Of a stretch of DNA of 64,000 nucleotides, positions 11,332-22,328 are shown one piece after another (the first letter of the stretch is position 1; every line of letters starts with the position of its first letter). The notes beneath the pieces were generated by a model that did no database searches, was not told where the DNA came from, and worked only from the letters and a program-made list of their open reading frames with translations. The stretch spans positions 928,001 to 992,000 of the forward strand of contig OZ241877.1 in NCBI GenBank assembly GCA_965203095.1, in the 5' to 3' direction. The translations under genes were made by a program, and so were the position numbers. The DNA comes from Bdellovibrionales bacterium (lineage in GTDB: Bacteria; Bdellovibrionota; Bdellovibrionia; Bdellovibrionales; UBA1609).

Positions 11332-11822
11332 TAAGGCAAGGAGGCAATTAAGCCTTCACAAAGTAAAGGATTTAATAAAAAACATGAAAATAAAGCCAGA
11401 GCAAAGGGAGGGTCAACTCTTTTCTTCACAAGAAGAAATCATTTCTTTTTGTTTTTTGTTCATTTTTTGTAAAAAATCTAACCATTTTAACAAGATGAAA
11501 GATACAAACTCTTCCAGCTTTAAAACGGTCATTTTGACCCATTTCAAATAAAGCAGGGTGAACCATTTTCTAACCATATTTTTTTTAAATAATCTATATC
11601 TCATAAACCCATCATCAAAAAGTGGGGTAAAGCTTTCCTACAGGGGCAGAATAACAAATTTTTCCGAAAAAGAAAATTTTTTTTAGAAAAAACTTCATTT
11701 TCATAAGCTAAAAAGGCTCTTTACCACATAAAAAGCCTGTTTTATGGGTTTTTAAGGCTTTTTTATGCCATAAAGGATTTTTTTCTACAGTTTTTTAGCC
11801 TTTCTGACGATAAGGTATTATA

Positions 11823-14800
11823 ATGATTGTCTTAGTGCTTTTTCTTTTTTTTTTGCCTCTTTCGCCTTTCCTGAAGAGGCAAGAATCCCTAAAGCCTCTT
11901 TAAGCAAGTCCAGCCTTCAAGTGGCAGGGCAAACTCAAAAAACTCTTACAAAAAGTCTTAGCCAGTATATCGCAAAAGCAAGATCGGGGCACTTCAGCCA
12001 TTCGGTTTTTAATCCAAAGAAAGATCTTTATATCGCAAAAGCTCTTAAGCCAAAATTAGAAAAAAAGCTTTATGCTCAGGCAGAAAATCCTCCTGGCAGT
12101 TCACCTTTTTTTGAAAAAAGACTTCATCACAGGAGCCAAAGGGCAGAAAATCCTCCTCCCCCCTGCCACATCAACAGAAAATGTTTGAACCAGTTGCACA
12201 ATAAGCTCTTAAACAAGAAGGATGAAGATGGCATACATTTTAACTGCCAATGGGCTTATAAGAACAATCATCTCTGTTGTAAGGACCCTACGGGCTGTTT
12301 CCTCTCTTATGCTACAGATGAGATTAAAGAGGAGTTAGATGATAAGCTCAAGACTCTTGCTGTATCTCAAGCTTGCTCTCAGGAGGGGATTTCTTCTTTA
12401 AACTCTTTTTTGTCTGACTTTCAGGGGGATTTTTGCGAAAAGGGAGTTCGGCATTGTAAAGAGTTTTGTGAGCATACACTTAAGGGGGGATTAAAGAGTT
12501 CTGCGGGAGGAGGTTTTGTGGGCGAAGGTTATCAGCCCTCTGTTTCAAATTTTCCTCTAAACTCCTCTTTTCCTGATGAAGGAAAAGGCTTGCTGGAAGA
12601 GGACAAAAAGGATTTGAGCAAAAGAGAGCTTTCTTCCATAAAGACTCCTTCACTAAAAGAACCTTTACTTAAAAGCCCAGAAAGTTCTATTTCAAAAAAA
12701 GCTTTATCTTCAAAAGCAATGTTGGGAAAGAATAAAGCAAAGCCTCCATTAAAGCCACAGTCAGCAAAAAATCCTATTTTTCCTCAAACTGAGTCTTCAT
12801 CAGGTCGTTTTTCAAAAGGCTTTTCCGGTAATAGAGAGGGAATCTACCCTCATAGCCCCTTTTTTATTGAAGAATCAGGCCCCTCCTCTCACAAAGGGAA
12901 GGCCACTGAGGATAAACTTCCAAAAAGTTTTTTAGAAAAAGCTTGGTCTAAGACAAAAAAAATATTTTCTTCTGCCTTTAAGTGGTGGAAATTTGAGGGA
13001 AAAGAGGATTTAAAATCCGCTTGGTTTTCTTTAAAGGGAGGAGGTCCGCAGGTAGTCTATCAAAGCTTGTTTCAAAGTGTAGAAGCCCCTCAATTAGAGC
13101 CTATATTTGTTCAAGAACTGCAAAGTGAACATAAAAAGCCTGTCTTTAAAAGTTATGATTTGGTGAGGGGAAAACCTGCTGGAGTTTTGATTCGGGTAGA
13201 ATACAAAAAGCCAGAGCTTTGCCTTCGCTTGCGTAGCCCTAAAAACTGTTGGAAAAGGGGCCTTTCCTTCCAACTCAAACTACAGGTAAAAAACCAAGTG
13301 ATTCCCATTCGTTGCCTTTCCTTGGATGTGAGAGAGCCTTTAAAAATACCTTCAAGGCCGATGTCAGAACAGGAATGCTTTTTTAAGAGTGATGATTTTT
13401 TCCCACCGGAGATTTTTTCTAAAATTCCAACTGAAAGTTCTTCTGTCTATAAATTTATTGAATTTCCCACAGAGTCTATAGAGCCTGTGGATTTAAAGAA
13501 ATATATTGACAGGATAGAAACCAGCAATACGGGATACACTTACCATAATTTGCTTTCTTCCTTGGGTTTTAGTGATCGGGTGGTGAAGGATATAGATAGT
13601 GAAAACTCACATGTCCCTATCCGCATAAACATTGTGGATCATGGTAATGAAAAAATGGTTCCTAATCTTTCGGTTTTAAAGTCTAAAGTCCCTTGGGAAG
13701 AGGGTTTAGGGAATTGTGAGAGAAATGTTGAGGATTATTTTAAGGCAAAACTTTCGTCTGCAAATATTTTTTGCGTAAATGTTTTGGAGCTTTGGCCATT
13801 GAATTTGGGCTGGACAAGGATTAAAGGATCGGAAGGAGCAAGCGATATTGCGGGGTTTAAAAAAGGGACTGAGGAGGCTTTGAGAATTAAAATGGCGGAG
13901 GCGGATAAGAAAAGATGTATTTTGAGCAATGAGGAAGCCGAAGCAAATGCCAAAATCCCAGGCTGGGGGGAAAGCAGTAAAAATGGTTATAAAGCAATAG
14001 ATTTAGAGAAAGTCCGAGACTTTGCCTCTTCAGAAGAGATGAAAAATTTTGTGCCCACAGTATTTCCCATTTCAAAAATCAGCTCAGAGGTTTTGATAAC
14101 TACAGGAGGGCAGAATTTTATCCCTGGAAGTTGTGACATAGCTAAAATTGTTCCAGATTATTTAGCTTTCAAGCAGGAGGCAGTCCAATCTCCGGGCTAT
14201 CCTCCGAATACTTATACCAATCCTGATCTTTACCATCGTTATCAAACAAAAGGTCTCTTAGAGGATCTTCAAACTTTGGAGTTCGAGAGGGTGAGAGGAG
14301 ATTTTAGCAAGTTATTTGTGGTGGTTCCGAGGGATTATTTTATCTATCATGGCATTCAAAGGGAAGAACCAGATGATCCGGAGATTTATGGTTGGACCCC
14401 GCTCCCAAAGTTTTTCCAAACGACTGGGGTATATTTATCTGAATTTGATTGGGGTTTTTTGGGAGGGATTGCTTTTGTCCGGGAAGATCAGGTGGGTAAA
14501 GGGGCCTTAAGCCATGAATTGGCTCATCTTTTAGGCCAGAGAAGGGATTTTTATGATCAAGAGCAAAAGTGCCAATGGTTTTCCGGTCATTCCTGGAGAT
14601 CTTGTAAAAAATACGAAATCCCTATAGCTTTAGATTCTTGGATTGAAAATGATCAAAGGCATTGGAGATTTATAAAAAAAAGATTAAGCCTTATGGGAAA
14701 TAATTCCGATCTTGAAGAGTTTAATGTCGAAAAACCTGATTTTGAAGAATCTGATGCTAAAAAGTTTTTAAAAAAAATATGGATGGATCGGGAAACACAC

Positions 14801-15313
14801 CAGAGGGTATTTTCGGCTTTAGCCAAGATCAACTCTGTCCTTTATGATTCTAAGAAAGCCAAAACTCCACTACTCAGAGAAATGCTTCGCTCAAAAAAAC
14901 TTCTAATTTCTGGTTTTTATAATAAAGAGAAGAAAGAGTTTGTAGTCCCTCAAATGAGGCTTTGGGAAACAGACTGGGTGACTTCCTCTTGGTCTGATCC
15001 TCGTCCTCATAGTATTTTAATGAATCCTAAAAGGGAGGTAAATGGCGTTCCTTTAGTGCTTTTCCAGTTAAGAGGCAAAAAGGGCCAGGCCATTCAATCC
15101 ATTTATCGGCCTGTTTTTGATATAGAGTCAGGCTTTCTGTATGAGGGGAAGGATAGGGAATGTGGTTCTGAGCCTTTTGAGTTTTCCATGGTTTCTGCGG
15201 TTTTTAATTTGTCCAATGCGTTTGAGAGAGGTCATGACTTAAAAGATTTGCGGGTGCTGTTGATCAATCCTGATGGGGAGGAAATTTTTTCCTCTCCCTT
15301 GCCTGAGGATTGA
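11823..15313 (+). CDS. Large secreted HExxH zinc metalloprotease-like protein; signal peptide out of frame at a T10 run
   Basis: ORF 11921-15313 contains SHELAHLLGQ; ATG at 11823 gives MIVLVLFLFFFASFA in frame only if T10 (11845-11854) is T11 or T8. Confidence 0.65.
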
Positions 15314-15348
15314 CAAAATTGGAGGAATAGTTTATAGTTTTTGACATT

Positions 15349-15966
15349 ATGAGAATTGTTTTGGGCTTTTGTTTTTTATTTTTGAGTTTAAATGCTATGG
15401 CCTGGAAGTGGCTTTGGGAGAGGGAAGATCCGGGCCCCCTTCGTGAGATTGTGCTTTCTGGTTATTACTATGCTGAAGATGAAATGGAGTTAGAAAAATC
15501 GGAGAAGGAATATCGTAGATGGGGTTGGTTGGAAGAAGATGAATCGTTAAAAGACAAAGATCCTCACACAAAAATAGGGAAAGAGCGTTTTGTGAGCTTA
15601 AGAATTAGCTATTGCCATAAAAAGACCCGTCCTGAAGAAAGAGACAAGTTTATTGTGGATCCAAAATTAAGAAACCCGAAATTAGAAACTCCAAAATTAA
15701 GGGCAAGACTTTATGATGAAGAATGGAATTTTTTAACAGAGGATAATTTGTGGAGTTATGAGTATGAAACAGGCGCCAACTTTGGTTGGGGGGTGGAATC
15801 TTATATTCCCTATCATCCGGCGGCTTTTTATTTGAGAGTTGTAAGGCTTGTTGAAGATAAGGAGGTAGTTTTGAGAGAAATAAGAATTAGCAACTTAGAG
15901 TGGTTGCAAAGTGGAGGCAGTAGCTATACATACAGAAATCGTTCCGACTGCTATCGTGCTCCTTAA
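15349..15966 (+). CDS. Secreted hypothetical protein, paralogue 1
   Basis: Signal peptide (..LNAMA/W); shares GPLREIVLSGYY, LRARLYD, SY(I/V)PYHP and SGGSSY with the next gene; TTGACA promoter upstream. Confidence 0.8.
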   Translation: MRIVLGFCFLFLSLNAMAWKWLWEREDPGPLREIVLSGYYYAEDEMELEKSEKEYRRWGWLEEDESLKDKDPHTKIGKERFVSLRISYCHKKTRPEERDKFIVDPKLRNPKLETPKLRARLYDEEWNFLTEDNLWSYEYETGANFGWGVESYIPYHPAAFYLRVVRLVEDKEVVLREIRISNLEWLQSGGSSYTYRNRSDCYRAP

Positions 15967-16071
15967 GATGTTTTTTTATTCCTTCCGCCTCTAACTGAAG
16001 TAAGATTGGACTTTTCCTCTCCACTCCCTTTAGATTGACAAAATCCCATAAAAATTATAGGTTTTAACATT

Positions 16072-16668
16072 ATGAAGTTATTTTTTGTTTTATATTCATT
16101 ATTTTTTTCTTCAAATGCTACGGCTTGGACGGGGTATTGGGAGAGGGCCACTCGTGGCCCTCTTCGTGAGATTGTGCTTTCTGGTTATTATGTCCCCGAA
16201 GATGAAAAGGAGTTTGAGAAGTCGGAGAAATATTATCGTAGAAGAGGCTACTTAGAAGAAGGGGAATCTTTTAAAGAAAGCTCACTTTATGGAGGAGAAG
16301 GAAAAGAGCACTATGGGGGGAAGAGGAAGTATTGCCACAAAGAAACAGATCCTGAGGATGAAGGCTATACGGTGATTTTTAATCCTAATTTAAGGGCAAG
16401 GCTTTATGATAAGGAGTGGAATCTTTTAACAGAGGATTATTTGAGGAGGTTTCAGCCGGAAATGTATACTCCATTTACTTGGAGAGTTAGATCTTATGTT
16501 CCTTATCATCCGGAGGCTTATTATCTAAGGATTGTAAGGCTTGTTGAAGATAAGGAGGCTGTTATCCTTAGACAAACAGGAGTTAACACTTTAGAGCGTT
16601 TGAAAAGTGGAGGCAGTAGCTACCGATATGACAAATTCTTAAAATGCTATCGTGTTTATCACCTCTAA
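16072..16668 (+). CDS. Secreted hypothetical protein, paralogue 2
   Basis: Signal peptide (..SNATA/W); tandem paralogue of 15349-15966 with a similar promoter. Confidence 0.8.
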   Translation: MKLFFVLYSLFFSSNATAWTGYWERATRGPLREIVLSGYYVPEDEKEFEKSEKYYRRRGYLEEGESFKESSLYGGEGKEHYGGKRKYCHKETDPEDEGYTVIFNPNLRARLYDKEWNLLTEDYLRRFQPEMYTPFTWRVRSYVPYHPEAYYLRIVRLVEDKEAVILRQTGVNTLERLKSGGSSYRYDKFLKCYRVYHL

Positions 16669-16799
16669 TTCCCTCTAACTCCCCCTTATTCAAAAAGAAA
16701 CAAGCCTTTATTAAAGAGAAACTTCCGTTTTTTCCTGCTCAGTTGTCCTTTGGACCAAATTCATTTTGGCTTAGATGGGGAGGAAGGGCATACTCCTTA

Positions 16800-18059
16800 T
16801 TAAAACAAGCTCTCTATCACATCCCAAATTTTATGCAACTCCTCTGTTGTGATACAGTAAGGAGGCAAAATATAGACTGTTCCCCCTAAGGGCCTTAAAA
16901 ATACACCCTGCTTAAGGGCTTTTTTTGTGGCAGTTTCGGCAAAAGAGGAGTTATAGCCTTCAGAGTCTCTTTTTTGAATCGCGGCCATAGTCCCTTTAAA
17001 GCGAGTGTCTTTTATTTGTGATAGCTTTTTAAAAGCAGAAAGCCTTTCCTGATTTATGACAGAAATGCTTTTCCACTTTTTTATGAGCTTTTTTTGATTT
17101 TTTTTAAACAAGCGGACATTGGCCAAAGCGACAGAGCAGGAAATAGGATTCCCTGTAAAACTATGCCCATGGAGAAGAGCTTTTTCTTTTTTTGAAGATA
17201 AAAAATCCCGGTAAATGGATGAGGTGGCCACTGTGAGGGCTAAGGGCAAAAAACCCCCTGTCAAACCTTTAGAAAGGCATAATATGTCCGGCGGGGTCTG
17301 AATTTGATTAAAGGCAAACAGAGTTCCTGTTCGACCAAAGCCTGTCATTATCTCATCAAAAATCAAATAAGCCCCGGCCTCTTTAGTCAGTCGGCAAACT
17401 CTCTCTAAAGCCCGCTTTGGCCAAACAATCATGCCCCCGGCCCCTTGTATAAAAGGCTCTATAATCACGCCGGCCAGAGTTTTATGCTGTTGTTCTATCT
17501 TTCTTTCAAAATCTTGATAAAATTTCTCTTCGGGATCAAAACTGAAATGTCCTTGAGAACAATGTTGAACAGGGAACAAAAAAGAGCGATAGGCTTTTGT
17601 AAAAACCCCCTTAGCACTAACACTCATAGCCCCTACTGTGTCCCCATGATAAGAGCTTTTAAAACTCAAAAACCGAGTTTTCTCAGGATAAGCCCTTTGT
17701 GCCCAGCTTTGCGTTGCCATCTTTAAAGCCACTTCTACAGCTGTAGAACCATTGTCAGAAAAAAAGAACTTCCTCAAACTCTTTGGCAAAAAAAAAGAAA
17801 GTTCATGAACCAGGCTTTCCGCCTTTTCATGAGTAAAATTAGCAAACAGTATTTGATCCCACTTCCCAACAGTATTTTTTATGGCCCGAACTAACGGGCC
17901 GGCACAGTGGCCGTGGGTGATCAGCCACCAAGAAGAAATGGCATCTAAAACTTGAGACCCATCCTTTAAAAACAAAGTGGCTTTTTTTGCCCGGATCACC
18001 TCTGGCAAAGGTTCTTCTGTATTTTGCATCTGAGTGAAGGGTCGCCATATTAAACTCAT
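16800..18059 (-). CDS. bioA: Adenosylmethionine-8-amino-7-oxononanoate aminotransferase
   Basis: IWRPFTQM, DAISSWW, DNGSTAVEVALK, FDEIMTGFGRTG, SKGLTGG, HGHSFTGNP. Confidence 0.95.
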   Translation of the reverse strand: MSLIWRPFTQMQNTEEPLPEVIRAKKATLFLKDGSQVLDAISSWWLITHGHCAGPLVRAIKNTVGKWDQILFANFTHEKAESLVHELSFFLPKSLRKFFFSDNGSTAVEVALKMATQSWAQRAYPEKTRFLSFKSSYHGDTVGAMSVSAKGVFTKAYRSFLFPVQHCSQGHFSFDPEEKFYQDFERKIEQQHKTLAGVIIEPFIQGAGGMIVWPKRALERVCRLTKEAGAYLIFDEIMTGFGRTGTLFAFNQIQTPPDILCLSKGLTGGFLPLALTVATSSIYRDFLSSKKEKALLHGHSFTGNPISCSVALANVRLFKKNQKKLIKKWKSISVINQERLSAFKKLSQIKDTRFKGTMAAIQKRDSEGYNSSFAETATKKALKQGVFLRPLGGTVYILPPYCITTEELHKIWDVIESLF

Positions 18060-18066
18060 TGGGAGT

Positions 18067-18744
18067 TTATATTTTTTGGTAATAGGGGTTTTGAGTTTTT
18101 TCTTTCATTTTGTGAAAGCTCGCCGCTGTAGAAAGGGGGAGATCAAAAATCTCTCTTTCCAAAGACATTAAAAAAGAGAAATATTTTTGATGCTCAAAAT
18201 GGCTCATGTCTTCTATATTTTTTTCCCACAGGGGATCGGTTTTTTGAATCTTTTTTAAAATAAAATCCAAATGCTCTTGCTCGTCATTTAAAATGGATTT
18301 TAAGGAAAAGACAAAGCCTCTTTTCCCTAACAAGGCATTGTAAAGGGAATACAAAACCATTGCCCTTTTCTCTACAGAATAAGAAGTGTAAAGGTAGCTG
18401 ATAAAGGGGTTAGAGGAGGAAAAATTTAAGCTGTGCTGATCCACCTGCTGAAAGTAAAAGCGGGCAGGATCTGGGACTAACAGATCCGGGGCCTTAAAAA
18501 AGAGTTTTCTCCCGGCCATTTTTTGGGCAATACTTTTAAAAAAAAGGCTGTGGCGGGACTCCTCATGGATATGGCTCAAAAAGGATTGGTTCAATATATG
18601 GGCCGGGAGGCTTTTTAAAATTTTCCGTAAGCCAATATATTCTAAATAAGAGAGCGTGTTCAACCAGCGAAAATGCAAGCTCTCATCCGATATAATTTTT
18701 TCAAGAAGTTTTAAAAGAAGCAAGGTGGTCTTTTTGGCACGCAT
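18067..18744 (-). CDS. Ferritin-like di-iron protein, possibly a BioE-type biotin precursor oxygenase
   Basis: Two ExxH motifs (EESRH, DEQEH) and WLNTLSYLE; directly upstream of bioA. Confidence 0.55.
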   Translation of the reverse strand: MRAKKTTLLLLKLLEKIISDESLHFRWLNTLSYLEYIGLRKILKSLPAHILNQSFLSHIHEESRHSLFFKSIAQKMAGRKLFFKAPDLLVPDPARFYFQQVDQHSLNFSSSNPFISYLYTSYSVEKRAMVLYSLYNALLGKRGFVFSLKSILNDEQEHLDFILKKIQKTDPLWEKNIEDMSHFEHQKYFSFLMSLEREIFDLPLSTAASFHKMKEKTQNPYYQKI

Positions 18745-18873
18745 AGCTAAAAATCATAAGTAAGGCTTTTTCATTTTTTTTCAAGCTTTTTTTTGATTTT
18801 TTTTAGATCTGCTCAAAATTAAAGAATTTGAACCTATAAATGAGACAAATTTTATATTTTTTTCTCTTGACTC

Positions 18874-19509
18874 TTAAAAATCTTCGCTTTCGTCTAAAAG
18901 AGGGTTGGCTGGTTCATTCGATATTCTCCTCATAGCCAATTTAAAGTTTTTTTCAGAGGAGAGATCTCTTAAAAGATAGTCAAAAAGCTCTGGAGTTTGC
19001 TCTTTAATGAGAAAAGCATAGCTTTTTGTTAAAAGATCTTTCTCTAAAATCTGTTTTTTTTGTTGGATGGTTTGGAAAAGACCAAAAAAATGGATCCGGC
19101 AGTGTTTTTCAACAACAGCAGGATAATCGCAATTATCGACAGCACAATAAACTCTCCCTTTCATGTCTTTTAAAATGTGTTTTTCTTCTTTTTCCCTGTC
19201 CAACAGCTTTTGCAACTCATTTTCATAATGTGCTAAGCTAAAAACTTCATTTTTTTCCGGGGCAGGAAGAGCTTTTTTCTTTTGAGCTTTTGTTTTTGCA
19301 GAAAAACTTTTTAAACTGGTTTTTTTAGGCAAGCTTTGAGCTTTCTTGGTCAATGTTTTTCGTTTAAGAGGGGCTTGTTTTTTTGTTTTTTTGTCATTTT
19401 TTTTTGCCCGGTTTTTTGTGGCTAAAGATTTTTTAGCCATAGCCTTTTTCTTTTTAGTAGAGCTTTTGACTTTCGAATCTTTTGTGGTTTTTGTTTGGCT
19501 TTTTAGCAT
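18874..19509 (-). CDS. Hypothetical protein with Lys-rich N-terminus and Cys/His cluster
   Basis: C-x4-C...C-x2-H motif; low-complexity basic N-terminus. Confidence 0.7.
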   Translation of the reverse strand: MLKSQTKTTKDSKVKSSTKKKKAMAKKSLATKNRAKKNDKKTKKQAPLKRKTLTKKAQSLPKKTSLKSFSAKTKAQKKKALPAPEKNEVFSLAHYENELQKLLDREKEEKHILKDMKGRVYCAVDNCDYPAVVEKHCRIHFFGLFQTIQQKKQILEKDLLTKSYAFLIKEQTPELFDYLLRDLSSEKNFKLAMRRISNEPANPLLDESEDF

Positions 19510-19513
19510 ATTT

Positions 19514-20413
19514 TTAATTGATATAAATACTTCCTGTCTCTGATTTTAACAAAACAGATCCTTTTTTAAAAGCCCCTTTGAGCCATCCGGAGATTTGAGT
19601 GGATTTGCCGGAAAAACTTCGACCAAGGCCCCTTGCACCGTAAATTCTCCCATTCTCTACTTGAGCAGTGATTTTTGGCGACCTTCTTATAAAAGAGACT
19701 CTAAGTGGGCTATCTCCAGTAGTCAACTCCGCTGTCCCTGGCTGAAGTCGAGCTGTCACAGCTCCCGACTGGCTAAAACCTTTCACATCCCCTTCAAATT
19801 GAGTGATGCGAACTTCTGCCCTATTAGTTATCCAAGAAAGAATGCCTTTAGATTGTTTCACTTTTAAGCGACCTTCATTCAGTTGAAACTCAAAATCCCC
19901 ATCACTTGAGGACAAAAGCCCTTCAGCATAAAAGGCTTTGACCCTTGCAGGGCCTTTGTGCCGGGTGAGGCTAAAAGTGCCTTTTTTTAAGTTTATGTCT
20001 AAAAAGCCCTTTGTCCGAATCGCTTTAATATTCCCTTTAAAGCTGGAGATGAAAAGAGCTTTCGCCCAGTCAGAAAATAAACTCTGAGAAGAAAAAGAAA
20101 ACAGCTGTAAGGCTTTTGAAGGTCCGGAGATCTCTATATCAACAACTGAGGAGGATGAAGGCTCATGCCATGCCCTCCGAGAGTTAAAGTCGGGAGATTG
20201 AATGAGCAAAACCCCTTTTTTTGTTTGAAAAGAAAGCTTGCCATCCCATTTCATTATATAAAGAGAAGAGGGAACATGTTTTACTTTCAAGTTCACTTGC
20301 GGGATTTTGATGCTGATGGCTTGGATCTCTTTTGCGGGAATGCTTTTTTGTGCCCCAAAGGAATGCCAAGGGAGGTAAAACAACAAAAAAGCGATTTTAT
20401 AAACCTGTCTCAT
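19514..20413 (-). CDS. Secreted DUF4097-like beta-strand repeat protein
   Basis: Signal peptide; repeated short beta motifs ending LKSETGSIYIN. Confidence 0.6.
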   Translation of the reverse strand: MRQVYKIAFLLFYLPWHSFGAQKSIPAKEIQAISIKIPQVNLKVKHVPSSLYIMKWDGKLSFQTKKGVLLIQSPDFNSRRAWHEPSSSSVVDIEISGPSKALQLFSFSSQSLFSDWAKALFISSFKGNIKAIRTKGFLDINLKKGTFSLTRHKGPARVKAFYAEGLLSSSDGDFEFQLNEGRLKVKQSKGILSWITNRAEVRITQFEGDVKGFSQSGAVTARLQPGTAELTTGDSPLRVSFIRRSPKITAQVENGRIYGARGLGRSFSGKSTQISGWLKGAFKKGSVLLKSETGSIYIN

Positions 20414-20461
20414 TTTTCAGCAGTTTTTTTGATTAAAAATTCCAGAATCGACCCCACCGGC

Positions 20462-20857
20462 TTAATCACCCGATGAATCCTTAAAGGACATAACAAATAA
20501 TGCAAACACAATACCAAAAGTAATTCCAACAGCATATATTAGTTTTTGTGTTTTTCTTTTTTCATCTTTTTCTTTAGCTATAGGGGCCAATTTGGCAACT
20601 GTTTTTTTCTCCTCTTCTGTTGTAGGAATTTTACATATCGGATTGTAAGTGGTGGTAGGGTAAGAATATATGAAATCCCCTGTAGAACCTATTTTGGTTC
20701 TTGTTCCTATTTGTGTCCCTTGTTGCACTTGCCCTATCAGAGCACACTGTTCCGAGGGGTGTAAAGTCACACAACTTACAAAACAAAATAAGCTCAAAAT
20801 CAAAAAAAAGCTTGAAAAAGCTCTTTTGAACGGATGATTTTGTTTTAGCCTTTTCAT
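20462..20857 (-). CDS. Hypothetical lipoprotein with C-terminal TM helix
   Basis: FVSC lipobox-like motif; hydrophobic C-terminus; GGAGG RBS. Confidence 0.6.
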   Translation of the reverse strand: MKRLKQNHPFKRAFSSFFLILSLFCFVSCVTLHPSEQCALIGQVQQGTQIGTRTKIGSTGDFIYSYPTTTYNPICKIPTTEEEKKTVAKLAPIAKEKDEKRKTQKLIYAVGITFGIVFALFVMSFKDSSGD

Positions 20858-21117
20858 ATTTCCTCCTTTATACCAGGATCTCTATCAAACAAGAACTGCA
20901 CATTATCATAAAGAAAACACCAGAGCAAGGGCTAAAAAGAACCTTTTGTGTAAGCTTTTTTATAGCTGGGCCTATCAAATAGACATGGGATTTGCTTAAA
21001 AATCAGGACTTTAGGCGAGGCTTATTAGAGGATTTTTCAGTCATAAAATTTAAGTTTTCCATTTTAAAAATCCGATAATTCTCATGCCAACTTAAATTTT
21101 TAAGAGAGAAAATTCTT

Positions 21118-22281
21118 GTGAGAAATTTTTTTAAACTTTTTATCTTTTTTGTTTTTTTCAGCCTCATTTTACCTCTGCCCCACAGTGGTGCAGTGATTGT
21201 TTTAAAAACCAAAGACCGAGAAGCCCTCATTCACTTAGAAGGGCTAAAAACCAAAGCGGGGGCTTACTTTTCTGCCATTGACCTCTATGGCCAGGAAAGA
21301 GGCTTAGTGCAAATTAAACAAGTGGCTCACTCAAAAGCTATTGGCGTTTTAAAACAAGGGGCTGTGGCTAAAAGATGGTCCTTAGAGCCTGTGAGCCGTA
21401 GTAAAGCTTTGGCCATGCAAAAAAAGGCCAAACGAAAAAAACTTCGCTTAGCTCGTATTGAAAGAGAAAAGATAAAGAGAAGAAAGGCTCGCTTAATGGC
21501 CCGCATGGAAAGAAAAAAGATAAACAGGCAAAATGCCCGTAACCGGCGGGAAAGGCAGAGAAAGCTGGCCCAAAAAAAACAAGCTCTAAGGCGAAAAATA
21601 GCCTCTTATGATGAAGGAGAGTATATTATAAACGACTTTCCTGAAGAAAATAATCAGTCTTCAGAGATTTTGTCATATAATTCTGAAAGCTTTGATTATG
21701 AAAATGATCAAGAAGAAAGTCTTTTCCCAGAAGAAGAGGAATCATCTAAAAACCTTATCATAGGTCTGGCTCCTTTTGCAGAATACAGTATTATGAAAGT
21801 GACCCCGGAGAGTTCTCCAGACTATTCCCTGAAAGGCTATGTTTATGGGGCAAACTTGCTGGTGGATTTCCCCATAAATCACTTTATAAGAGCTGAAGGC
21901 ACCTTGGGCTATAAGAAGAAGGATCTCTATGAGGAAGAAAAAGCTTGTGGGAAAAGTGGCGGATGTTCTTTTATAGTGGATTATCTTTCTATGGGACTGA
22001 GTTTAAAGTTGAATTTAGGGGATTTTAATCGCCATAAGCTTTGGCTGGCCGGAAAAGGGGAGTTGTTTCAACCCCTTGTTATTCCTGAGGAGAATAACAC
22101 CCTGACAAAAGAAAGTTTTGACACTATCCATGGGGCTTTGGGCTTATCTTTGGGTTTAGATTTCGCCACCGGGGATTTTATTATTCCTGTCTCTTTTAGT
22201 GGTTCCCTTCACATGCCACCTACAGAAAGTGTCATTATGGGGAATGCCGGGCTACAAGTGGCTTTAGCCTACAAATTTTAA
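21118..22281 (+). CDS. Secreted protein with basic coiled coil and C-terminal outer-membrane beta-barrel
   Basis: Signal peptide; ends VALAYKF (beta-signal); sigma28-like TAAG-N16-TCCGATAA at 21051-21078. Confidence 0.65.
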   Translation: MRNFFKLFIFFVFFSLILPLPHSGAVIVLKTKDREALIHLEGLKTKAGAYFSAIDLYGQERGLVQIKQVAHSKAIGVLKQGAVAKRWSLEPVSRSKALAMQKKAKRKKLRLARIEREKIKRRKARLMARMERKKINRQNARNRRERQRKLAQKKQALRRKIASYDEGEYIINDFPEENNQSSEILSYNSESFDYENDQEESLFPEEEESSKNLIIGLAPFAEYSIMKVTPESSPDYSLKGYVYGANLLVDFPINHFIRAEGTLGYKKKDLYEEEKACGKSGGCSFIVDYLSMGLSLKLNLGDFNRHKLWLAGKGELFQPLVIPEENNTLTKESFDTIHGALGLSLGLDFATGDFIIPVSFSGSLHMPPTESVIMGNAGLQVALAYKF

Positions 22282-22328
22282 TGGACAAAGCCCTCATTTT
22301 TTAAAAACATTTAAAAGATAAAAATAGT

